A stretch of 64,000 bases of DNA. Origin: Candidatus Micrarchaeia archaeon (lineage in GTDB: Archaea > Micrarchaeota > Micrarchaeia > Anstonellales > Bilamarchaeaceae). Location: assembly GCA_046331685.1 (NCBI GenBank), contig JAXLQI010000007.1, positions 1,862 through 65,861 on the forward strand, read 5' to 3'. Under the pieces are notes generated by a model. It worked only from the letters and a program-made list of their open reading frames with translations, was not told the origin of the DNA and did no database searches. Below are positions 37,401 to 44,856 of the stretch, piece after piece (the first letter of the stretch is position 1; each line of letters starts with the position of its first letter). A program made the translations under genes and the position numbers.

Positions 37401-38050
37401 CCGTAGGCGGTGTTGCCGCTGAAGCTGTTATTATCCGAGCCCGAGTCAAGATGGAAACCATCGCCGAGATTGCCGTAAGCGGTGTTGTTGACGAACGTCC
37501 CGTTCACTCCGTCGCTGAGAAAGAATCCCTGATAAGGTGCGAGAGGGGGCGGGAAGCCGGGCGCCCTGGAGATGTCATGAACCGTATTCCCTATGAACGC
37601 CGAATCCAGGGAGCTCGTGCCATAACCGATGCCGTAGAGGGTGCCGTTCCAGACCGTGTTGTTCTGGAACAGGCTGCTGTTCACCACCGAGGCTGCGATA
37701 CCGACGTCAAAGCCGGAGATGGCGCAGTTTTTCACCGTGATATTGGTCAGAGGGGCCGACGGAGGGAGGTTGTCTACCACGATTGCGCCAGAAGGCACTG
37801 AAAGATTGGTTTGTTTCGTGATAGAGAAGCCCATGCAGTCCAGCACGACGTTGGAGGAGGTTATCCTGATGCATGAGGCTGATCCGGCGATCGCGACGTT
37901 GGGATTGGGCGAGCCGATCAGGTTGCCGAGCAGGAAATACGAGCCGCTGGCGGTGATGTTGACGCATGAGGCGATGCCTCCAGGCGGCGGCGTAGCGATC
38001 GAAAAACCGGCCAGGAGCACCAAAACCGAGATAAGGACAGAAAGTCGCAT
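34448..38050 (-). CDS. Giant (1200 aa) secreted parallel beta-helix (PbH1/NosD-like) repeat protein with Cys-rich stalk and C-terminal TM anchor
   Basis: Signal peptide MRLSVLISVLVLLAGFSIA. Dozens of ~22-aa repeats (NNLSGNTAYGNARDGF, NSLSGNTAYSNS...). A ~230-aa segment carries ~38 Cys. Ends WLLIAVILVILAFLYYRRRKEKK. Confidence 0.65.
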   Translation of the reverse strand: MRLSVLISVLVLLAGFSIATPPPGGIASCVNITASGSYFLLGNLIGSPNPNVAIAGSASCIRITSSNVVLDCMGFSITKQTNLSVPSGAIVVDNLPPSAPLTNITVKNCAISGFDVGIAASVVNSSLFQNNTVWNGTLYGIGYGTSSLDSAFIGNTVHDISRAPGFPPPLAPYQGFFLSDGVNGTFVNNTAYGNLGDGFHLDSGSDNNSFSGNTAYGNARGFYLHSSGGNNLSGNSAFSNSGPGFFDGGFYLDNSDGNNLAGNIAHDDRVGIFLTDSDGNTVSGSQIYSNIGGLRLQSGSDGNGLTLNTIYNNSDACVYLLSSSFNNFTDNYLSSCPNVGLIASSESSDIISGNNITNMTGSLPFLLQFVSSSAIRQNNIHGNSNLGLNLQFSPANNITGNSIYNNSAGGLQLLVSNNNNISGNTAYSNGGNGFAVLSSSFVSLDGNSAYQNSKDGFLVNDSPVLITSHNSLSGNTARNNSMNGFHLFISDNNNLSGNTAYGNARDGFFLEGSNSSAPPIFTAPARTTASLSPAPPTSGGNAHNNLLAGNTAYQNAMNGFELFIASNNSLSGNTAYSNSRNGFLLHGTNSTSGGSSCGNFICEPLLGETFITCPVDCGISVKGPRSASLSAPLLRLRSGSLAPPPPPPSPGSGLSTNNSLIGNIAHDNADAGYLVNMSRNTTFLNNTAYQNAFGIYEKGANVTATWIYNSWFYGNGWEIAESKPFTGSPLLRIVNSKLGSGSVNISLNDTLNGGYQINDTSSPGQSPENRSSFAGKYLKVNFTGEPAIDSLAFHWSDLEASGQTEDSIQLYTWNMSGWLVTPGQALAAPSNTLSAPALSNITADDIYGLFILPPQGGGENSGSLSLSINSSCSGNTVTVRSSGSPIAGIDVKVDGDPIGPTDGGGKASFDGCGKTVTIHASGSGYYSASASAALLSCAECLPACANDSECPSEKSCTGGQCIPVSCPCGVITGHACLAFGCCSDSMCPSGQACSPDHKCKESFGCTSDAQCKDSQACDIPPGAAGGACRDITGQCGAAKGHRFVPYGYECGNESGCPQCPQGRSCVEHKCLSNDITCPSTAVVGDNKTCLLTENDKACGPGQNCTAKITTPDGREFDAAPDENGNVQVPASISGKIKVTLLKDGKVVKEVFINVLPRSASGDQGKPAVSSPLEIWPVWLLIAVILVILAFLYYRRRKEKK

Positions 38051-38158
38051 CCAGGTTCTTCACGGCAGAGATTAATAAAGTTTCAATCCCGGCGCCTCTC
38101 CTTGCTAAAGGGAGCAGCCCGGAGCGATAGGAGAAAATAGCCCATGGCTCCGCAGCGC

Positions 38159-39001
38159 TCAGAACAGGGCGTCCTTGATCTCTTCCTGCGTTGTCGGGAA
38201 GAAGAATTCCCATTCGAAGCATTTGAGCATCTCAAGGTCGGCGAGGTCGCGGACATCGCAGCCTAAGGAGCTGGAGAGTATCGTCTTGAGCTCCTTGGCT
38301 TGCCTGCTCACCCGGCTCAGCGCTTCGTCGCGCGTCAGGCCGAAGGCGGTCGTGGTCGCGAACGCGATCACTTCCACCGGGCGCTCACCCTGGGTGATGC
38401 GGTCGAGGAGGCGGTTCCAGTAGGCGAGCTCACGGTCCATCCTCATGCTCTCATCGACCGCGATCTTGGACTCTTTGGCCTTCTTCGCCTCCACCGCCCC
38501 TCTCCTGGTCTTGATCTCGTCGATGTGCTTGGAGAGGTCTAGGGTGCTTATCATCAGCGTCACCTTGACGATATATTTGAGGGAGCTGATGGCTTTCTCG
38601 AAAGACTCGAACATCGTCTTCTTCTCGTCCTGGTTCTTGTCCATCGAGCTCTCGTAGAACCTGACCTCTAGGAACTTCGAGGCGAAATAACCCGCCTCGT
38701 TCTTCTTTATTATATAATCGCGGGAAGGCGGGACCTCATAGCCGCCCTGGACTTCCACGATGTTGGTGGCCTTCGTGATCACAGGGATTATGAGATAGCC
38801 GTATTTCCAGAGCGCTATCGAGAGGAGGAAGAAAACGGACGCGATGATCGGGAATATCGGGTTCCCGTAGACCAGTGATATGACGATGCAGACCACCCCT
38901 CCTATGAGGGATCCTGCGGTCACGGCACGATTGATGAACATATACCATAAATCGGTTATGGGATTTAAAAAACCGCTACCAGCCCATCCAGGTCTTCCCA
39001 A
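38159..39001 (-). CDS. Membrane protein (2 N-terminal TM helices + charged coiled-coil cytoplasmic domain)
   Basis: TTG start per ORF track; an internal ATG (MFINRAV...) at 38931 is an alternative start. TM helices SLIGGVVCIVISLVY and IIASVFFLLSIALW. Confidence 0.4.
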   Translation of the reverse strand: MGRPGWAGSGFLNPITDLWYMFINRAVTAGSLIGGVVCIVISLVYGNPIFPIIASVFFLLSIALWKYGYLIIPVITKATNIVEVQGGYEVPPSRDYIIKKNEAGYFASKFLEVRFYESSMDKNQDEKKTMFESFEKAISSLKYIVKVTLMISTLDLSKHIDEIKTRRGAVEAKKAKESKIAVDESMRMDRELAYWNRLLDRITQGERPVEVIAFATTTAFGLTRDEALSRVSRQAKELKTILSSSLGCDVRDLADLEMLKCFEWEFFFPTTQEEIKDALF

Positions 39002-39188
39002 GCCTCCAGGTGAGATAAAGAGACAGTGCGGTCCAGAGGATCACAAGAGGGATGAAAAGACCCGGTACATATCCTGAAACGAGGCCGGCCGCGAGATAGC
39101 CGGCCGCGACGATTATGAGGAGAAGCACGATCTGCGCCTCCTGGTCCACAGAGACGCCTAAAACCGTGCGGATTTTTTCCAGGGGCAT
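38976..39188 (-). CDS. Small 2-TM membrane protein (~70 aa)
   Basis: Internal-Met start 5 nt after the stop of the upstream gene: MPLEKIRTVLGVSVDQEAQIVLLLIIVAAGYLAAGLVSGYVPGLFIPLVILWTALSLYLTWRLGKTWMGW. Confidence 0.35.
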   Translation of the reverse strand: MPLEKIRTVLGVSVDQEAQIVLLLIIVAAGYLAAGLVSGYVPGLFIPLVILWTALSLYLTWRLGKTWMGW

Positions 39189-39192
39189 GCGA

Positions 39193-40284
39193 TCATATGC
39201 TCGCGATGGTCCGGAGCCCGATCTCGCTGCCGAGTATGTTCGCGAGCTCCTTGACGAAGACGATCGTGATGATGAGGGAGAAGATCGGGGCGATGACCGC
39301 GTAGAGCAGCGATTTCGAGAGGGTGCTGCTGTTGCTCTGGGCAATCCGTGTTATGTCGCTGCTGAAATCGATCGTGACATTGTTGTAGACGCTCTGGGTG
39401 CCGTTCGTGCTGTTGTTCAGGGTGAGGTTGTACTGGCCCTGGAGGAAATCGTCGCAGAGCGTCGTCGTGTTGGAGACGTTGGTCTCGTTGGTGATGTTGA
39501 ACCTCGAGGGATCGCACCTTCCGGAGAGGATGTCGAGCTTCCCGGCGATCGCATAATCTCCGTTGAGGTCCACGATCGGCAGGGTGGCATAATAGCTGTT
39601 GTTCGTGAAATTCACCACCGCCGCAGTCGAGTTGTTGAGATCGTTCTCCGGGTTGGGGAAGACGAGGACGAAGGTCGGATAGAACACGAAGAGGCCGATC
39701 GAGAGGGCTATGAGGAAGCCTCCGACCTTCCTCGTGGCGAAGAAAGTCCTGAGGACGAGCCCGACCGGGAATAGCAGGCCGAGGGCGTTCTGCCCTATGA
39801 ACGTGGCGATCTGGCTGTTGAGGCCGACGAGGATCATGATCCAGTTTATCGAAAGGAGCTGGAGGGAGAGGGTGTTCGACACCGAATCGAGGTTATGGAA
39901 CGGCGAGATCGAGAACGACCCGAAATCGAGCGAGAGGGTCTGGTAGTACGCGAGGATGTTTATCATGTTCACGAGTTCCTGGAACAGGCGGAAGAGGGAG
40001 ACGTTAAGCCGGTCGAGGGTGCAGCTGAGCTGGAAGATGACGTTCCCGGTGGAGCAAGAATCGTTCACGACGTTAGAGCTTACGACCCCCACCAGCTCTA
40101 TGATCGCCGCGAAGGATCCGATGATAGCTGCGTTGATCATGGACTGGATGAGCTCCTCGATGCCGAAGACCTCGATCCTCTTGTATCCGGTCGCGCGGCC
40201 GATGCCGACCAGTATGCCGGCGAGGACAATGGACGCGGTGACGACTATCACGGCTATCTCGACACCGACAAATGACTCAGCCAT
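39193..40284 (-). CDS. Polytopic (about 6 TM) membrane protein with large N-glycosylated extracellular loop
   Basis: Five N-terminal TM helices. Then a ~130-aa loop with 12 NxS/T sequons (NST, NFT, NNS, NIT, NET, NVS, NTT, NLT, NNS, NGT, NVT, NSS). Then a final TM helix LLYAVIAPIFSLIITIVFV. Confidence 0.5.
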   Translation of the reverse strand: MAESFVGVEIAVIVVTASIVLAGILVGIGRATGYKRIEVFGIEELIQSMINAAIIGSFAAIIELVGVVSSNVVNDSCSTGNVIFQLSCTLDRLNVSLFRLFQELVNMINILAYYQTLSLDFGSFSISPFHNLDSVSNTLSLQLLSINWIMILVGLNSQIATFIGQNALGLLFPVGLVLRTFFATRKVGGFLIALSIGLFVFYPTFVLVFPNPENDLNNSTAAVVNFTNNSYYATLPIVDLNGDYAIAGKLDILSGRCDPSRFNITNETNVSNTTTLCDDFLQGQYNLTLNNSTNGTQSVYNNVTIDFSSDITRIAQSNSSTLSKSLLYAVIAPIFSLIITIVFVKELANILGSEIGLRTIASI

Positions 40285-40324
40285 CGGGAAAGATACTTGG
40301 CCTGATATTAAATAGATTGCGGGG

Positions 40325-40873
40325 TCATGGTGCCGGAGGGATCGCGGGGCTGGAGCCCGGCGGGAGGGTCACGAATATGTAGAGGAGGATGAGGGCGAGG
40401 AGGATCCCCGGGAGGACGACCAGGGCGAGGGCGGAGCGCCAGAGAGGGATCCTGTGGACCCGTGCCGAACCGATGACGACATTCGAGAGCGAGATGAAGA
40501 CCGCGGCGATCCCCAGGAACGGGATCCCTCCGAAGACCAGAGAGACGGTGTTGCCGTAGATGAAGACCGAGACCGATTCGGAGAGCCGCGCATGGCCGCC
40601 GACCAGCTTGAGCAGGAGGTGCTGGACTGCGAAGATCAGATAGGACAGCATGAGCGATATGACGAGCGATGACGGGACCGAGAGCATGGCCTGGATCAAT
40701 GTCCCGCCGAGTGCCCCCACGGCGAGATCGATGGGGACCGAAAGCAAAAGGCAGAGGACAAGATGCGCCGCCGAATCGTTGAATCCGTCCCCTCCTGCGA
40801 GGGAATCGAACCGCTCGGCCGGGACGAAGAGGATGTTCTCCCGTATCCTGTCGAATCTGCCACGCAGGTCCAT
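40325..40873 (-). CDS. Multi-TM membrane protein (Yip1-like topology)
   Basis: 182 aa, 4-5 hydrophobic helices, Pro-rich C-terminus. Overlaps the end of the thioredoxin-like gene by 1 nt. Confidence 0.4.
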   Translation of the reverse strand: MDLRGRFDRIRENILFVPAERFDSLAGGDGFNDSAAHLVLCLLLSVPIDLAVGALGGTLIQAMLSVPSSLVISLMLSYLIFAVQHLLLKLVGGHARLSESVSVFIYGNTVSLVFGGIPFLGIAAVFISLSNVVIGSARVHRIPLWRSALALVVLPGILLALILLYIFVTLPPGSSPAIPPAP

Positions 40874-41979
40874 CAGCCAAATGTGAATGTGTAAATCCTA
40901 AAACCTTTGCCATGGACCTCGATGGTCAATGTCTGGGGGGAGTAATCGGCCTTGTCTATGAGGCTGTAGAGCCTCAGGTCGCCTGTATGCGCGAGCGCGG
41001 AGCCATCCGAGATCCCAGCATCCGGCCCGAGCTGGGAGGGTTGCGGGACCGACCCGTCCAGCTTCAGCCCCAGCGTGGAGTCCCCTCCGCAGACAATGTT
41101 GAGGTTCTTCGCCTGGAAATTCAGCACTATCTTCCCTGAGTCGGAAACGAGCTCCATGTTGTCCTCGTTGTTCTTCCACGATCCTTCCAGATACACAAGA
41201 TTGGGCTCGACCGAGGGGGGGAGGGCGTAGCTGACGACCTGCCCCGCGCTGAATCCCTCCGGATTGCCGAGGGGGGCGCGGGCGAAACCGCTGCCGAGGT
41301 AGATCTCAGGAGTCCCGAGCCTCGTGAAATCCACTCTCGGGGAACTGACATTGCCTGAGACCAGGGACCCCATCCCGGTCTTGTTGTCGCGCTCTGAAAG
41401 AAGCTTCCGTATCTCCTGCTCGGTCTCCTCATACCCGCCTTCGCCGATGTGGTCGTAACGTATGAAGCCGTCGGAATCGATGAGATATTTGTGAGGCCAG
41501 TAGCGGTTGCCGTAAGCGGTCCATGTGGCATAATCGTTGTCCTGGACCACAGGATACCTGATGCCGAACTTCCGGACGGCCTTCTGCACGTTATCGCGGT
41601 CTTTCTCGAACTCGAACTCCGGGGTCTCGACACCGATGATGACAAGCCCCTTGTCACGGTACATCTCATCCCAGGCCGTGAGATATGGCAGGGTCCTTAT
41701 GCAGTTGATGCACGAGTATGTCCAGAAGTCCACGAGGATGACTTTGCCTTTGGCGTCCGACAGCCTGAACCCGTCCGGAGCATTTATGTATCCGGATATC
41801 CCGCTCAGCTCCGGCGCTTTCTGGAGGATCGCGGCCTTCTTGGCGAGGTCCCCCGAATCGTTGCCTTTTGCGAAGTCCGACCTAACCTGCGCCTTGGCCG
41901 ACATGACGAAGAGGATCGCGACCGTTATCAGCGCTACCGCGATCCCGAATGCGAGCGGGCTGTTCCTTTTCAGTTCCAT
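40873..41979 (-). CDS. Membrane-anchored thioredoxin-like (TlpA/ResA-type) thiol:disulfide oxidoreductase with ~200-aa C-terminal extension
   Basis: N-terminal TM anchor. The VILVDFWTYSCINCIRTLP redoxin CxxC motif is in a TlpA-like context. Confidence 0.7.
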   Translation of the reverse strand: MELKRNSPLAFGIAVALITVAILFVMSAKAQVRSDFAKGNDSGDLAKKAAILQKAPELSGISGYINAPDGFRLSDAKGKVILVDFWTYSCINCIRTLPYLTAWDEMYRDKGLVIIGVETPEFEFEKDRDNVQKAVRKFGIRYPVVQDNDYATWTAYGNRYWPHKYLIDSDGFIRYDHIGEGGYEETEQEIRKLLSERDNKTGMGSLVSGNVSSPRVDFTRLGTPEIYLGSGFARAPLGNPEGFSAGQVVSYALPPSVEPNLVYLEGSWKNNEDNMELVSDSGKIVLNFQAKNLNIVCGGDSTLGLKLDGSVPQPSQLGPDAGISDGSALAHTGDLRLYSLIDKADYSPQTLTIEVHGKGFRIYTFTFG

Positions 41980-41983
41980 TGCA

Positions 41984-42694
41984 TCACTTCAGCAGAAGGT
42001 CGTTGACCGGGGCGAAATTCGCCACGAGGGGCAGGGTCCCTGTGAAGACAAGTATCCCCAGGATCACGAGAATGATGCCGAATGCAGTATCAAGCCATCC
42101 GATATACGGGCCGAGCGCCTTAATTGCTTTCCCTGCCCGCGAGACGAAAAGGCCCACTAGCAGGAACGGCACCCCGAGCCCGAGCGAATAGCTGAGCATC
42201 AGCGGGAATGCGACGGCCGGATTTGTGACCGCGAGCGTGAGGATCCCTCCGAGCACCACGCCAACGCAGGGCGTCCAGCCCACTGCGAACGCGGCGCCGA
42301 AGAGGAATGATGCGAGGTAAGATGGGCTGCCGGCCTTCATGTTCAGCCCCCTTCCGGCTTCGAGGGATTCTATGCGGATGATCCCGATCATCATCAGGCC
42401 GAAGAAGATGATTATCACGCCTCCGACATAGCCGAGGAACGCCTGCAAATCGTAGGCTATCCCGGAAAGCACGCTCTGGAGCAGCACACCCACAACAGAG
42501 AAGATCAGCGAGAAGCCGAGCACGAACGAGACGCTGCTTAGGAATATCTTCGTGCGGAGCTCCGGTGAGTATTTCTCCTGCACGCTCGTGCCGGCCAGGA
42601 AGGTCAGGTATGCCGGTATGAGCGGAAGGACGCACGGGCTGAGGAACGACACGAGACCGGCGAAGAAAGCGAGGAAGATGGAGAGGTCTGCCAA
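41984..42694 (-). CDS. ccdA: Cytochrome c-type biogenesis protein CcdA (DsbD-like thiol-disulfide transporter)
   Basis: LSPCVLPLIPAYL and GWTPCVGVVLG, the two conserved Cys of CcdA/DsbD beta domains. 6 TM. Confidence 0.85.
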   Translation of the reverse strand: MADLSIFLAFFAGLVSFLSPCVLPLIPAYLTFLAGTSVQEKYSPELRTKIFLSSVSFVLGFSLIFSVVGVLLQSVLSGIAYDLQAFLGYVGGVIIIFFGLMMIGIIRIESLEAGRGLNMKAGSPSYLASFLFGAAFAVGWTPCVGVVLGGILTLAVTNPAVAFPLMLSYSLGLGVPFLLVGLFVSRAGKAIKALGPYIGWLDTAFGIILVILGILVFTGTLPLVANFAPVNDLLLK

Positions 42695-42758
42695 TTCAAG
42701 CCGCCTCCCGGGCGATGAAACTCCTTAAGACCATCAAGTGGATATCACCGGGCTGATT

Positions 42759-43409
42759 TTAAACCCTGAGACTCCGCACCAGCTTTTTGCCGATGGCGAC
42801 GAAAGTCGTGGTGCCGCGGACGAGAAGCGTCGCCTTCTTCTTCGTGAACCTTGCCCCCCTGAGGGCCTTAAGCAAGCCCTTCGGGCTGTCAAGATCGAAG
42901 TCGGGGACCTCGTTGTAATTATGCCCGAACTCGATGAGGAAGTGGCTGTCGCTCCCGACCGCCTGCATGATCCCCTTCTCCTTCGCGAAGGCCGATGCTT
43001 TGGCGTTGAACGAATCCAGCGGGCAGCGGGCGTTGAACACTTCTATCATGTCGAGCCTTTTCGCCTCTTCTTCCGAAGGGATCACGCCCTTGCGGGATCG
43101 GTCATACATGTGGGGGAGATACGCAAGACCGCCCTGCGCGTGGATCAAGTCCATCGCCTCTGCGAAAGGCGTCTTGCGCGGGATGGCTTCGGAGAGATAG
43201 AGGCCTATGAGGTCGCCCCGGTCGGTGCGTATCTCCTCCCCGGGGATGAACGGCAGGCCGAGCCTCCGGAATTCCTGATGTGAATCGATGTTGTTGTGCT
43301 CGGTGATAGCCGGGATTATGCCGCTCTCCCTCGATTTTTTCACTAGATCCTTCGGCTGGATTATCGAATCTATGGAATATTTGGTGTGGACGTGGAGATC
43401 GAGCTTCAT
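42759..43409 (-). CDS. PHP-domain metal-dependent phosphoesterase
   Basis: MKLDLHVHTKYS...ITEHN...GSDSH, PHP His motifs. Confidence 0.7.
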   Translation of the reverse strand: MKLDLHVHTKYSIDSIIQPKDLVKKSRESGIIPAITEHNNIDSHQEFRRLGLPFIPGEEIRTDRGDLIGLYLSEAIPRKTPFAEAMDLIHAQGGLAYLPHMYDRSRKGVIPSEEEAKRLDMIEVFNARCPLDSFNAKASAFAKEKGIMQAVGSDSHFLIEFGHNYNEVPDFDLDSPKGLLKALRGARFTKKKATLLVRGTTTFVAIGKKLVRSLRV

Positions 43410-43696
43410 GAGATCGCGCCTCCTTTTTCAAGTGCCTGAAGCAGCTCACGCGCAAGGGCCTCGATCCTGCTGCTCTCCGGCTTTTTCGCTCCCTTGACCA
43501 TCATCCGCCCGCTGCTATAGACGCTTATCGTGTATTTTTTTATCTTGACGAGCAGGACAACCGGGCTGCTCGCTACCAATTCCCCCATCGCGGAAAGGAC
43601 CGTCTCCGCCTTCTTCAGGTCGAGCTTCCGCTCCCTGAGCTTTATCTCGATCCCGTTCGAGCTTGCGCATGGCTCTATGACGAAATATTCGGTCAT
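43406..43696 (-). CDS. Hypothetical 96-aa protein ending ...KGGAIS
   Basis: ATGA-coupled on both sides (E1-like upstream, PHP downstream). There is a GG dipeptide 4 residues from the C-terminus. Confidence 0.35.
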   Translation of the reverse strand: MTEYFVIEPCASSNGIEIKLRERKLDLKKAETVLSAMGELVASSPVVLLVKIKKYTISVYSSGRMMVKGAKKPESSRIEALARELLQALEKGGAIS

Positions 43697-44376
43697 CCCA
43701 GCTCCGCCCTCCAGAACACATCCTCACGGAAAAGATCGAAGAAAAGCGCGTCGGGAGCCTTCACGTAGGGCTTCCTCAGCATATAATTAGCGGCCTGCGA
43801 AGCCGCGAGAGAGCCTGAGAGCGAGGCGGCTGGGCACAGCACGGAGGAACATGAGCCGTAGCGTTCCAGCGAATCCTCATCGGGCGGGAGCTGGAAGGCT
43901 TTCTCGAACCGGTAGGAGGTGAACACGCTGACGATCCCCCTGGTCCCCTGGGCCGATGAGAAAACGTATGGGATCTTTTTTTTCCGCGCACTCCGGGCCA
44001 TGGCCAGCTTCGTCCGCAGATTGTCGGATCCGTCTATCAGGACCGCGGCCGAGCCGGTGTCAGAGCCTTCATCGAACGCCCCGCGCGGCTCTATCCGTAT
44101 ATCCTGGTTCACCGATTGAGCGCGGGAGAGGGCCGCATGGACCTTGGGCATGTCTATGAATTCCTCAGTGGCAAGGGTCTGGCGGTTGAAGTTGGAAAGG
44201 TCGAAACGGTCGTTGTCGAATAGGATGAAATTCTCGGCTCCCATGCGGAGGAGGTTCTCGAAGACATAGCCTCCGGTCCCTCCTAGCCCGACTATGGCGA
44301 AGACGGAGCGGCGCAGACGGTCCTGCTGCCTCCTCGTGAGCGGGTTCCTCCCGAACTTCTCATCATAAATGCTCAT
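43693..44376 (-). CDS. ThiF/MoeB/HesA-family E1-like adenylyltransferase (minimal, 227 aa)
   Basis: Nucleotide-binding loop IVGLGGTGG. DNDRFDLSNFNRQ (Arg finger / Asp). No rhodanese or Zn CxxC pairs. Confidence 0.75.
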   Translation of the reverse strand: MSIYDEKFGRNPLTRRQQDRLRRSVFAIVGLGGTGGYVFENLLRMGAENFILFDNDRFDLSNFNRQTLATEEFIDMPKVHAALSRAQSVNQDIRIEPRGAFDEGSDTGSAAVLIDGSDNLRTKLAMARSARKKKIPYVFSSAQGTRGIVSVFTSYRFEKAFQLPPDEDSLERYGSCSSVLCPAASLSGSLAASQAANYMLRKPYVKAPDALFFDLFREDVFWRAELG

Positions 44377-44804
44377 ACCCGACCGAACCCGTGGCTCTTG
44401 GCATCGCGGTTCTCATCCGGCTTGCTCTGCATCTTCTCCTTGATCTTGTTGATCTCCTCTTTCTTCATCCCTCCGGTCTGGAGCATCGTGAGGTTGCGGA
44501 GTATCTCGAGCCTGCGCTGGACGTGCGGATCGATCGTGCGTTCCCGGATGAGGCCGACGTGGGTGATCACATAGAGCCCTGTGGAGACCCCGCTGAAGAT
44601 CAGGAGGATCGCACCGAGCTTGCCAAGGGAGGTCTTGGGAGTGAAATCCCCGTATCCCACCGTGGCGATGGTCACGGTCGTATAGTACGCCGCATCCAGG
44701 AACGACCACCCTTCCACGAAGTGGAAGAATATGATCGAAAAGACGTAAATCACCGCCAGTATGACTAGCGGGATCATCAGCGACCGGTCTGTCGATGTCG
44801 GCAT
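44373..44804 (-). CDS. Two-TM potassium channel (pore-only, KcsA/MthK-pore-like)
   Basis: Selectivity filter TVGYGD flanked by two TM helices. 143 aa. Confidence 0.8.
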   Translation of the reverse strand: MPTSTDRSLMIPLVILAVIYVFSIIFFHFVEGWSFLDAAYYTTVTIATVGYGDFTPKTSLGKLGAILLIFSGVSTGLYVITHVGLIRERTIDPHVQRRLEILRNLTMLQTGGMKKEEINKIKEKMQSKPDENRDAKSHGFGRV

Positions 44805-44856
44805 GATTACCGATTACTCCTGCACATATTAAAATATTCTATGGTATTTCGAGCCC

